From Candidatus Saccharimonadota bacterium (GTDB lineage: Bacteria; Pseudomonadota; Gammaproteobacteria; Enterobacterales; Enterobacteriaceae), in contig NZ_CP046533.1 in the NCBI RefSeq assembly GCF_014857065.1, positions 540,001 through 572,000 on the forward strand: DNA of 32,000 nucleotides, in the 5' to 3' direction. Of the stretch, positions 1 to 8,166 are shown piece by piece. A program made the position numbers and the translations under genes. The notes beneath the pieces are model-generated. The model did no database searches. It saw only the letters and a program-made list of their open reading frames with translations, and was not told where the DNA came from. Positions within the stretch are counted from its first letter, which is position 1. The number at the start of each line of letters is the position of its first letter.

Positions 1-761
1 CTATAGGTCGTGGCCAACGTGGTCTTATTGTTGCTCCACCTAAAGCTGGTAAAACAATACTTTTGCAAAATATTGCTCAAAGTGTTGCTTATAATCATTC
101 GGAATGCGTTTTAATAGTTTTGCTGATTGATGAACGCCCTGAAGAAGTTACGGAAATGCAGAGGTTGGTAAAAGGGGAGGTTATTGCATCTACTTTCGAT
201 GAACCGGCTTCTCGTCATATACAGGTTTCTGAAATGGTTATTGAGAAAGCTAAACGTTTAGTGGAACATAAAAAAGATGTTATTATTTTATTGGATTCTA
301 TTACTAGGTTGGCGCGTGCTTATAACACAGTAGTTCCAGCTTCTGGAAAAATTTTGACAGGAGGCGTAGATGCTAATGCATTACAACGTCCGAAGAGGTT
401 TTTTGGTGCTGCGCGTAATATGGAGGAAGGTGGTAGTTTAACTATTATTGCTACTGCATTAATTGATACTGGTTCAAAAATGGATGAGGTAATTTATGAA
501 GAATTTAAGGGAACAGGTAATATGGAATTACATTTGTCTCGTAGAATTGCAGAAAAGCGAGTTTTTCCAGCAATTGATTATAACCGTTCTGGTACTCGTA
601 AAGAAGAGTTGCTTACTACTCAGGAAGAGCTTCAAAAAATTTGGATTTTACGTAAAATTATTCATCCTATGGGGGAAATTGATGCAATGGAATTTATGAT
701 GAATAAACTATCAATGACTAAGACCAATGATGAATTTTTTAACATGATGAGGCGTTCTTAA
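1..761 (+). CDS. rho: Transcription termination factor Rho, 3' portion, truncated by the window edge. Identical to 15886..16646.
   Basis: The frame is open from the window start ([18 protein letters not shown] Walker A) to TAA at 759..761. The ORF-track protein is identical to the C-terminal 232 aa of the full Rho ORF and very close to E. coli Rho. Confidence 0.95.
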   Translation, partial: IGRGQRGLIVAPPKAGKTILLQNIAQSVAYNHSECVLIVLLIDERPEEVTEMQRLVKGEVIASTFDEPASRHIQVSEMVIEKAKRLVEHKKDVIILLDSITRLARAYNTVVPASGKILTGGVDANALQRPKRFFGAARNMEEGGSLTIIATALIDTGSKMDEVIYEEFKGTGNMELHLSRRIAEKRVFPAIDYNRSGTRKEELLTTQEELQKIWILRKIIHPMGEIDAMEFMMNKLSMTKTNDEFFNMMRRS

Positions 762-838
762 TTTTGTTATTGTTTTTATTTTTAGTAACTGAATTTTATT
801 CGTTAATTAATTGAATTGTTTTAAAATGATTTAGCTAT

Positions 839-912
839 GCGCTCGTAGCTCAACAGGATAGAGCGTTGTCTTCCGGAGGCAGAGGTTTCAGGTTCAAGTC
901 CTGTCGAGCGCG
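839..912 (+). tRNA. argX: tRNA-Arg (anticodon CCG), no encoded CCA
   Basis: Hand-folded cloverleaf: acceptor GCGCTCG/CGAGCGC, D arm GCTC..GAGC, anticodon loop TTCCGGA, T loop GGTTCAAGTCC. Same position as E. coli argX in the argX-hisR-leuT-proM cluster. Confidence 0.9.
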
Positions 913-980
913 TTCTAATGAATGTAGATATTCGATTTGGTTTTTTGTTACTTGATCTATTTTTGAAAATAATAGAATAT

Positions 981-1054
981 GGTGATTGTAGCTCAGTTGG
1001 TAGAGCACTGGATTGTGGTTCCAGTTGTCGTGGGTTCGATTCCCATCAGTCACC
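981..1054 (+). tRNA. hisR: tRNA-His (anticodon GUG) with the extra 5' G(-1). No complete CCA is encoded.
   Basis: GGTGATTGTAGCTCAGTTGGTAGAGC..CTGGATTGTGGTTCCAG..GGGTTCGATTCCC..CAGTCACC. Nearly identical to E. coli hisR. Confidence 0.9.
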
Positions 1055-1092
1055 CAAGAAAGGGTATTTATCGAAAATTTGTATCTGGTCAA

Positions 1093-1183
1093 GCGAAGGT
1101 GGCGAAATGGGTAGACGCGCTAGTTTCAGGAATTAGTGTCGAAAATAATAAAGACTGTGAGGGTTCGAATCCCTCTCTTCGCA
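1093..1183 (+). tRNA. leuT: tRNA-Leu (anticodon CAG), a class II tRNA with an unusually large variable-arm loop. No encoded CCA.
   Basis: Acceptor GCGAAGG/TCTTCGC, anticodon loop TTCAGGA (CAG at 1127..1129), T arm GAGGGTTCGAATCCCTC. The variable arm is GTC-(12 nt GAAAATAATAAA)-GAC, where E. coli leuT has GTCC-TTAC-GGAC. Confidence 0.85.
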
Positions 1184-1214
1184 TGTATTTTCTTTTTTTT
1201 TGCGTTTAATTATT

Positions 1215-1288
1215 CGGCGAGTAGCGCAGCTTGGTAGCGCAGCTGGTTTGGGACCAGTTGGTCGGGGGTTCAAATCCTCTCTCGCCGA
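1215..1288 (+). tRNA. proM: tRNA-Pro (anticodon UGG), no encoded CCA
   Basis: CGGCGAGTAGCGCAGCTTGGTAGCGCAGCTGGTTTGGGACCAGT..GGGGTTCAAATCCTCTCTCGCCGA. Near-identical to E. coli proM. Confidence 0.9.
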
Positions 1289-1353
1289 TAAGAGATTATA
1301 ATTTGATTTTTTGTTTTTATTTAAATATAAATTTTCAAAATAAACAGTATATA

Positions 1354-1374
1354 CTAATTTCTAATTTCTAATTT
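1354..1374. repeat. Short tandem repeat (CTAATTT)x3
   Basis: Read directly: CTAATTTCTAATTTCTAATTT in the spacer downstream of tRNA-Pro. Confidence 0.8.
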
Positions 1375-1499
1375 CTATAGATAGTTAATTGATTTTAAAT
1401 GCTAATTTTTTTAGATTGTATTGAGGATTTATATAGCATTTACATACATGAGAATATATAGTAATCATTCAGTTTGGCAGTATATTTTATAATTTGTTA

Positions 1500-2246
1500 T
1501 TATATATTCAGTAATAATTTTATTAAATCTTTATTGTTGGCTGTTTTTGCCATTACAATATCTTTCCACCCTAATCGTTTAGCTATATAAGCTAAACGAT
1601 TACTTACTACTATTAATTTACAGCAGATTAACCAAGATTTTCTATGATTTTTTGGTAATAAGTAATATAGTTGTTTTAGCATTTCTCCACTAGTAACCAC
1701 TAGTGTATTGATGCCCAGTTTTATCATTCGATTGCCTTGCTCTTCTCCATTGTAATTTATTTGTTTTCTATAATAACATTCACAGTATTCTACTTTTACT
1801 CCTCTTTTTTTAAGTACATTTCCAAGTTTTTTACGACCATTTTTACCTTGTAGTATTAATGCTCGTTTTCCATGTATGTTTGTTAATGTTGGTAAAAGTA
1901 ATAAGTTTTCACTGCTTTCACCATTTTTAGGGAAGTTTACTGATAATCCTGTTAGTTTATTCATTAATAATCCACTAGATCTGCCGATCGAATAGTATTT
2001 TAATTTAGATGGCCAAAATAATCTTGAAATAGACAACCATTGATGAGCATAATTGATTGCATTTTGTGATATAATGAATACAAGATCTTCGTTAGAAAGG
2101 AGGTTTAATTTTTTTATTAATAAAGATAATTCTTTGCTAGGGTAACAATGAATTAAAGGTAAATGCCACGCTTCTTTACCTAAATTAATTAATTGTTTAA
2201 CTAAATTATCTCCTGCTGGCGATGGACGGGTTATTAAAATTTTTTT
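1500..2246 (-). CDS. hemD: Uroporphyrinogen-III synthase HemD. The frame is full length and open but has no canonical in-frame start. The ATG at 2260..2258 is out of frame across an A9 tract.
   Basis: The ORF track shows only 1500..2036. By hand, the same frame stays open up to 2246: KKILITRPSPAGDNLVKQLINLGKEAWHLPLIHCYPSKEL.., which aligns with the E. coli HemD N-terminus MSILVTRPSPAGEELVSRL... The C-terminal part contains GKRALILQG..VVTSGEML. Confidence 0.8.
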   Translation of the reverse strand, partial: KKILITRPSPAGDNLVKQLINLGKEAWHLPLIHCYPSKELSLLIKKLNLLSNEDLVFIISQNAINYAHQWLSISRLFWPSKLKYYSIGRSSGLLMNKLTGLSVNFPKNGESSENLLLLPTLTNIHGKRALILQGKNGRKKLGNVLKKRGVKVEYCECYYRKQINYNGEEQGNRMIKLGINTLVVTSGEMLKQLYYLLPKNHRKSWLICCKLIVVSNRLAYIAKRLGWKDIVMAKTANNKDLIKLLLNI

Positions 2247-2277
2247 TTATTTGTTTGCATATTTTAGAATTTAAAAT

Positions 2278-3213
2278 TTATTTGCTGTTAATTATTAGTT
2301 CTCTTGCGATCTTTATGCTTAAAATTTTTCTTTCTTTTATAAGTGCAGTACCTTCACTGCGTATAATTTTTTTTTTATTAGTTGAGTAAATTAATGCCCT
2401 TAACCATATGTAATTATTATTTTTGATTTCAGCATAACTGGCAATTGATGATTTACAATTACTTTTTAGCAAAAAATTAACATTGCGTTCAGTTTCAATG
2501 CATAGAGAAGTTATTTGATGGTGCAATGGTTTTAATAATGCTAAAGTTTCATCATCTTTTAATCTATATTCGATTCCTAATGCTCCTTGTCCCATAGCAG
2601 GTAAAAAGTTAGCCGGATCGATTGACATACGGATATAATTATTTAATGATAAGCGTTTAAGTCCTGCTGTCGCTAGGATTAAGGCGTCGTAGTGGCCTTG
2701 ATTTAATTTTTTTAATCTGGAGTCAATATTTCCTCTTATATTTTTTATTTTTAAGTCTGGCCTATGTTCGTATAATTGACATTGACGTCGCAGACTTGAA
2801 GTACCTACTATTGCTCCATTTGGTAAATTTTCTAATTTGGAATATCGTAAACTAACAAAAGCGTCTCGTGGATCGTCTCGTTTACATATTACTGCTATAC
2901 CAAGACCTTTAGGGAAAGAGATACTTACATCTTTCATTGAATGCACTGCAATATCAGCATGATGGTTAAGTAAAGCATATTCTAATTCTTTAATAAATAA
3001 TCCTTTTCTGTTAATGTTTTCTAATTCTTTATTTAATGCTAGATCCCCTATTGTGATTATTGGAATTAGCTTTATTTGTAAATTTGGGTGATAATGAAGC
3101 AATTTATTATATATATAATTTGTCTGGCATAATGCAAGTGGACTATTGCGTGTAGCTATTTTTAGGGTTTTAAGATGCATATCGTTATTTATCTTTGTTT
3201 TTAAAAATTTCAT
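2278..3213 (-). CDS. hemC: Porphobilinogen deaminase (hydroxymethylbilane synthase) HemC. An alternative start at 3180 (MHLKTLKIATR) aligns better with E. coli.
   Basis: 311-aa ORF with IATRNSPLALCQ, ADIAVHSMKD, GTSSLRRQCQL and PAMGQGALGIE. Strong similarity to E. coli HemC and adjacent to hemD, as in E. coli. Confidence 0.93.
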   Translation of the reverse strand: MKFLKTKINNDMHLKTLKIATRNSPLALCQTNYIYNKLLHYHPNLQIKLIPIITIGDLALNKELENINRKGLFIKELEYALLNHHADIAVHSMKDVSISFPKGLGIAVICKRDDPRDAFVSLRYSKLENLPNGAIVGTSSLRRQCQLYEHRPDLKIKNIRGNIDSRLKKLNQGHYDALILATAGLKRLSLNNYIRMSIDPANFLPAMGQGALGIEYRLKDDETLALLKPLHHQITSLCIETERNVNFLLKSNCKSSIASYAEIKNNNYIWLRALIYSTNKKKIIRSEGTALIKERKILSIKIARELIINSK

Positions 3214-3705
3214 TATGTTTATATTGTTTTTAATGAAGTATTAATTTTATTGATAGAATAACATTTTAATCATTTTTAGTTTACTTGTCTTTATATACAA
3301 TTATTAAATTTTTTTATTTATTTGAGTGAATTATGATAATTTTATTATATTGAATTTTAAATATATCATTAGTATTAATATAGATTTTGAAATTAATTAA
3401 ATTTATTTATATAAATTTTTATTAAATTATTAATTTTTATTTTTAAATTTTTGATAAAGTAATTTTATAAGTTAGTTTTTATTTGATTTTATAAAATTAT
3501 TGTTTATTTAAGTATCTATACATATAGATATAGTATATATTTTTTTTTTGAAATTATGATTAAATTTTTCTTTATTCCTGATGATTAAATTTAGTTATAT
3601 TTTAAAATATTTATTAATTTTATATGTGTTTTGTATAGTAAATATTTATGAAGTTTATTAATAATTTATTTATTTATTAATATGAAGATAATGATAGAGT
3701 TTTGT

Positions 3706-3748
3706 TTAGTATATTTAATTTTAATATAATTAAAATTAAATATACTAA
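3706..3748. repeat. AT-rich inverted repeat (20-bp arms, 3-nt loop) in the hemC-dapF spacer
   Basis: Checked base by base: 3706..3725 pairs perfectly with 3729..3748. Sequence is TTAGTATATTTAATTTTAAT ata ATTAAAATTAAATATACTAA. Confidence 0.7.
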
Positions 3749-3954
3749 TAATGGTATGATATTTTGATTTTTATAATTTTATTATAATTAATAATTTAGT
3801 AACTGTAATTGTAAATATATTATGAGAATGTTATTTTTTTATTTTCCCATTGATTTTTAAATATAAATTTAATTTTACTAGTTGATAAATAGCTAATTTA
3901 CGTAATATTTATTATATTATTGTTATTTTAATTGTATTACTTATTGAGGTATCA

Positions 3955-4785
3955 ATGCGATTTTCTAAAATGCATGGATTGGGTAATGATTTTATGATTG
4001 TAGATGGAATAACACAAAATATTGCATTTACGCGAAAAACAATCTGTCGTTTGTCTGATCGACGGTATGGAGTAGGTTTTGATCAATTATTATTAGTAGA
4101 GTTATCAGAGCGTTTCGGAATAGATTTTAATTATCGTATTTTTAATGCTAATGGTCAAGAAGTAAATCAGTGTGGTAATGGTGTTCGTTGTTTAGGTAGT
4201 TTTGTAAAAATTAAGAAATTAACTTATAAAAATATCGTTTATGTTAGTACTAGAACCAGATGCATGATGTTATCTTTTATTAGGGATGATTATATTAAAG
4301 TGAATATGGGGGAACCTGATTTTTGTCCCGCCAGGGTTCCGTTTAAAGCTTGTAAAATAGAAAATAGTTATGTTTTATATGTTGCTGGGCAAGCTATGTT
4401 ATGTGGTGTTGTTTCAATTGGCAATCCTCATTGCATTATTCTAGTGGATAATGCGGATATTGTTAACGTTACAGCTATTGGTGCTTTGTTGTCACAGAAT
4501 CCTAGATTTCCTGAAGAGACTAATGTTGGTTTTATGCAGATTGTTAATTATAATCATATTCGTTTAAGAGTATATGAAAGAGGTGTTGGCGAAACACAGT
4601 CCTGTGGTAGTGGTGCATGTGCGGCTGTTGCTGTAGGTATTCAACGGGGGTTATTATCTGAACAAGTGAATGTAGATCTTTTAGGTGGAGCATTATTAAT
4701 TAATTGGAAAGGGGTTGGACATGCTTTGTATATGACTGGATCAGCTACTCATGTTTATGATGGAGATATTAGTTTAAATTTTTAA
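3955..4785 (+). CDS. dapF: Diaminopimelate epimerase DapF
   Basis: 276-aa ORF: [17 protein letters not shown].., [27 protein letters not shown]. Collinear with E. coli DapF over its full length. Confidence 0.95.
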   Translation: MRFSKMHGLGNDFMIVDGITQNIAFTRKTICRLSDRRYGVGFDQLLLVELSERFGIDFNYRIFNANGQEVNQCGNGVRCLGSFVKIKKLTYKNIVYVSTRTRCMMLSFIRDDYIKVNMGEPDFCPARVPFKACKIENSYVLYVAGQAMLCGVVSIGNPHCIILVDNADIVNVTAIGALLSQNPRFPEETNVGFMQIVNYNHIRLRVYERGVGETQSCGSGACAAVAVGIQRGLLSEQVNVDLLGGALLINWKGVGHALYMTGSATHVYDGDISLNF

Positions 4786-4944
4786 TATATAAACCGGTGA
4801 TTTCTTATTTATCATGTTATTTATTTTGTTAACAAAAATTTCTTAATTTAATTTTTATTTTGTTTTCTTCATTTAAGCGTGTGAAAAGTAATAATTTTTG
4901 GTTGTTAGTTATTTAGTTATATTTTGTTAATTTGGAGATTTATA

Positions 4945-5655
4945 TTGTTAATATTTCGTCGTTTATTAAGGCCTTTATATATATTAACTTTTAATTTAGA
5001 CGATGTTTTATGATAATCGTTCAGTTATTGCTAATGTGGAGATAAATTAATTTTATTTTACGACATCATTATGCTAATAGTAATAATTTAAGTATTAGGG
5101 AACATTGAAAGTTACGTTGTATTTTACTTCAACATGAATCAAATTTTTATTATAATATTAATTATTGGCACTGGTAATTTATTAGTTTAGTTTTATAGAT
5201 TTTTGGTTTAGTTTAAATGAAGCTTCTGTAGGTATCGATAGTTCAATGGAGATTTTTATTGATTGGCATAGTGAAATTAATATTATCTTATGAATACATA
5301 TTCTATATTGAATATTTTAATTTCTAGTTGTCATTAGTTGTTATTACTAATAGTAATGTTAATTTAGTTATGTATGGTTTAGATAAATATTTTAGTTATG
5401 CTTTTCGTGTCTGAATTGATGATTGTGTAAAACCATATGAAGATATGTATTTTATGACGGTAAAATAATTAGGTATATTTTGCAGAATATTATGCATATA
5501 GGTAATGATGTAATCATAGATATATAGAGCTATTAATTGGTGGGTTCAGGTTTCTTGTATGATGAATATGTTGAGAATTATCGTTTGGTTTTAATAAGAG
5601 TTATGTACCTCATTTAGATATTTCAAAATTGTTTTTTTTGACAGAATTGTTATAA
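4945..5655 (+). pseudogene. yigB: Degraded yigB (HAD-family FMN/5-amino-6-ribitylaminouracil phosphate phosphatase) with several stops and frameshifts
   Basis: Hand translation gives fragments in E. coli YigB order. LIFRRLLRPLYILTFNLDDVL* then YDNRSVIANVE matches [52 protein letters not shown] matches [40 protein letters not shown] matches HVGDDLTTDV. YVPHLDISKLFFLTELL* matches LLPHLEISRLASLTSLI. It also sits just upstream of uvrD, where E. coli has yigB. Confidence 0.8.
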
Positions 5656-5720
5656 TAAATAAAATTTTTATGTATATGATTTTCATTTTTTTTTGAATTA
5701 AACATTTTCTTAATCTGCCC

Positions 5721-7688
5721 ATGGATATTGTAAGTTTGTTTAATAAACTGAATGATAAACAGCGTGAAGCTGTTGTTGCTAAAGACAGTCATGTACTGGT
5801 TTTAGCTGGTGCTGGTAGCGGAAAAACTCGAGTATTAACCCATCGTGTTATTTGGTTGAAAATGATAAAGAATTATTCTTCTTCTTCAATTATGGCAGTA
5901 ACTTTTACTAATAAAGCATCATTGGAAATGAAGAGTCGTATAAACGCTTTAATTGGTGATTTTTCTAAAGGAATGTGGATAGGTACATTTCATGGTTTTG
6001 CTTATTGTTTATTGCGCTCTCATTATTTAGATTCGAATTTGCCTAAAAATTTTCAAATAATAGATAGGAATGATCAGATATGTTTATTAACGAAATCTAT
6101 TCGTTATCTTGGTTTAGATGAAAAAAAATGGCAACCTAATAGTGCTGTATGTTTTATTAGCGATAAAAAAAATAAATCTTCTCTATTTCCTAATGTTGAT
6201 GGACGATCAAGTAAATCAGAAATTACTTGGTTGAATATCTATAAAGTTTATCAGAATATGTGTGATCGTGCTGGATTAGTAGATTTTGATGAACTTTTAT
6301 GTCGTTTATATAATTTGTTACTGAATAATCCAGCTATTTTAGCTTATTATCGAAATAAGTTTGTTAATATTTTAGTGGATGAGTTTCAAGATACTAATAA
6401 AATGCAATATAATTGTTTGTATTTGTTATTAGGTGAAAAAAGCAATGTTATGATTGTTGGTGATGATGATCAATCAATTTATAGTTGGCGTGGCGCTCAG
6501 GTTGATAATATTTATAGATTTATTAGTGATTTTTCATCAACACGTATTATTCGTCTAGAACAAAATTATCGCTCTACTAATAACATTTTACAAACAGCTA
6601 ATACTTTAATTTCCTATAATCAAAATCGTATTGCTAAGAAGTTATGGAGCACAGAAGGCAAAGGGAAGACTGTTTCTTTATATAGAGCAGTGAATGAATT
6701 AGATGAAGCATATTTTGTAATTAATTGTATAAAAGCTTGGCAACAAAAAGGAGGTTTATTGAATAATTGTGCCATTTTGTATCGTAGTAATATTCAATCT
6801 CTTGTTTTAGAGAGAGTATTGTTACATAGTAAGATTCCGTATAAGATATGGGGTGGTAGTATCAGGTTTTTTGAACGTCAAGAAATTAAAAATATGTTCG
6901 CGTACCTTCGTTTAATTATTAATAAAAGTGATGATGTTGCATATGAAAGAATTCTTAATGTTCCACCTAGAGGTATAGGAAAGCGTACGTTAGATTTAGT
7001 AAGAAATATATCTATTACTGATCAGTTGACTTTATGGGAAAGCACTAAGAATTTATTAAATAATACTAAATTAAAAACAAGAATTTTTAGAGTATTACAG
7101 GATTTTATTACTTTAATTAATTTTTTATCTGAAGAAATTGAACAGTTATCATTATTTGATCAAATAGATTTAGTAATAAAAGAAACTGGTTTGTTTTGTT
7201 TTTACAAGCAAATGCAAGGTTCTAAGTCTACGTTATGTATTGAGAGCTTTAAAGAAATCTTAGATGCTGCTCATCGTTTTGATCAAAATTATGAAAATAG
7301 AAGTGATAATATATCTGTTTTGCGTGATTTTGTTTCATATTATTTGTTAGAAAATGATAAAGATTATCGTAGTTCTGAATTATTTTCTGATCTTGATTCT
7401 GTTAATTTAATGACTTTACATGCTTCTAAAGGATTAGAATTTTCTCAGGTATTTATTGTTGGTATGGAGGAAGGTATTTTTCCTAGTCAAATGTCTTTAT
7501 TAGGAGAAAAGCAAGTAGAAGAAGAACGTAGATTAGCTTATGTAGGTATTACCCGTGCGATGCATAGTTTAACTATTAGTTATGCTGAAAATCGTTTTAT
7601 ATATGGCAAAGCTATTATATGTAAAGTTTCCCGTTTTATTAATGAATTACCTAAAGAATGCATAAGTAATGTTTTTTTTTCAAATTGA
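5721..7688 (+). CDS. uvrD: DNA helicase II UvrD (655 aa), lacking the ~65-aa C-terminal extension of E. coli UvrD
   Basis: MDIVSLFNKLNDKQREAVVA..LVLAGAGSGKTRVL, ILVDEFQDTN, VGDDDQSIYSWRGA, LEQNYRST, LMTLHASKGLEF..VFIVGMEEGIFPS, RRLAYVGITRA. The N-terminus and synteny match UvrD rather than Rep. Confidence 0.93.
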   Translation: MDIVSLFNKLNDKQREAVVAKDSHVLVLAGAGSGKTRVLTHRVIWLKMIKNYSSSSIMAVTFTNKASLEMKSRINALIGDFSKGMWIGTFHGFAYCLLRSHYLDSNLPKNFQIIDRNDQICLLTKSIRYLGLDEKKWQPNSAVCFISDKKNKSSLFPNVDGRSSKSEITWLNIYKVYQNMCDRAGLVDFDELLCRLYNLLLNNPAILAYYRNKFVNILVDEFQDTNKMQYNCLYLLLGEKSNVMIVGDDDQSIYSWRGAQVDNIYRFISDFSSTRIIRLEQNYRSTNNILQTANTLISYNQNRIAKKLWSTEGKGKTVSLYRAVNELDEAYFVINCIKAWQQKGGLLNNCAILYRSNIQSLVLERVLLHSKIPYKIWGGSIRFFERQEIKNMFAYLRLIINKSDDVAYERILNVPPRGIGKRTLDLVRNISITDQLTLWESTKNLLNNTKLKTRIFRVLQDFITLINFLSEEIEQLSLFDQIDLVIKETGLFCFYKQMQGSKSTLCIESFKEILDAAHRFDQNYENRSDNISVLRDFVSYYLLENDKDYRSSELFSDLDSVNLMTLHASKGLEFSQVFIVGMEEGIFPSQMSLLGEKQVEEERRLAYVGITRAMHSLTISYAENRFIYGKAIICKVSRFINELPKECISNVFFSN

Positions 7689-8166
7689 TTTCAGGAGATT
7701 AGATTGATATTATTTTATTACTGTTTTGTAACGTGATTTTAAAGATTATGTATTTTGATTAATAAATATATTTTATCTTAATTTTATAAATAAAATATGA
7801 TAGACTGCCATTTTGATATATAAGTAGTTGTTGTTTTGTAGTGATTTTTTATTATGTTATAGTTTCAATTGTAATTGTAGGTTCGTTTTTTATTGTTGAT
7901 TTGCTTTGTTTTTGTTATATTTTCCTGATTTATTTTAATGTATATTATTAATTTTATGTTAAATGTGTGTATATATTCCATTATATTGTGGTGTTGTTTT
8001 GGAAATTATGTCATTAAATATGTCGGTGTGGTGATTTCAAATTTAATTTTGTATTTGAGCGATATTTATTTAATATTGTCGAATGTTTTGTTGCTAGTTC
8101 TTATTTTAATTTCAGCAGTTTGATATATGATATGTTTTAGTTTTAATCACCAAGGAAATAGTGGTT

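Noticed and set aside
800-838. Promoter-like hexamers (TTGAAT .. TAAAAT) upstream of tRNA-Arg, and similar matches in other spacers
   Set aside because: At this AT content, -10 and -35 look-alikes occur everywhere. I cannot support a specific promoter call without transcription start-site data.
496-1209. ORF-track entries 496..699, 850..1092(-), 918..1136 and 979..1209, with their copies at 16381..17094
   Set aside because: They are nested out of frame inside rho or lie across the four tRNA genes. The tRNA cloverleaves and the Rho homology explain the sequence, so these are spurious ORFs.
839-1288. The tRNA cluster as an integration site for a genomic island
   Set aside because: The flanking genes on both sides (rho and hemD) are the same neighbours as in E. 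coli, allowing for deletions. No foreign cargo or att-like repeat is visible.
5610-5792. 60-aa minus-strand ORF overlapping the uvrD start (copy at 21496..21678)
   Set aside because: It is a low-complexity K/N/I-rich translation that overlaps the yigB relic and the conserved uvrD 5' end, with no recognisable motif.
7938-8123. 61-aa very hydrophobic ORF upstream of corA (copy at 23824..24009)
   Set aside because: Its hydrophobicity comes from T-rich spacer DNA (Phe, Leu and Ile codons). It has no ribosome-binding site and no homology I recognise, so it is most likely a chance ORF in an eroded spacer. It could be revisited only if ribosome profiling or proteomics supports it.
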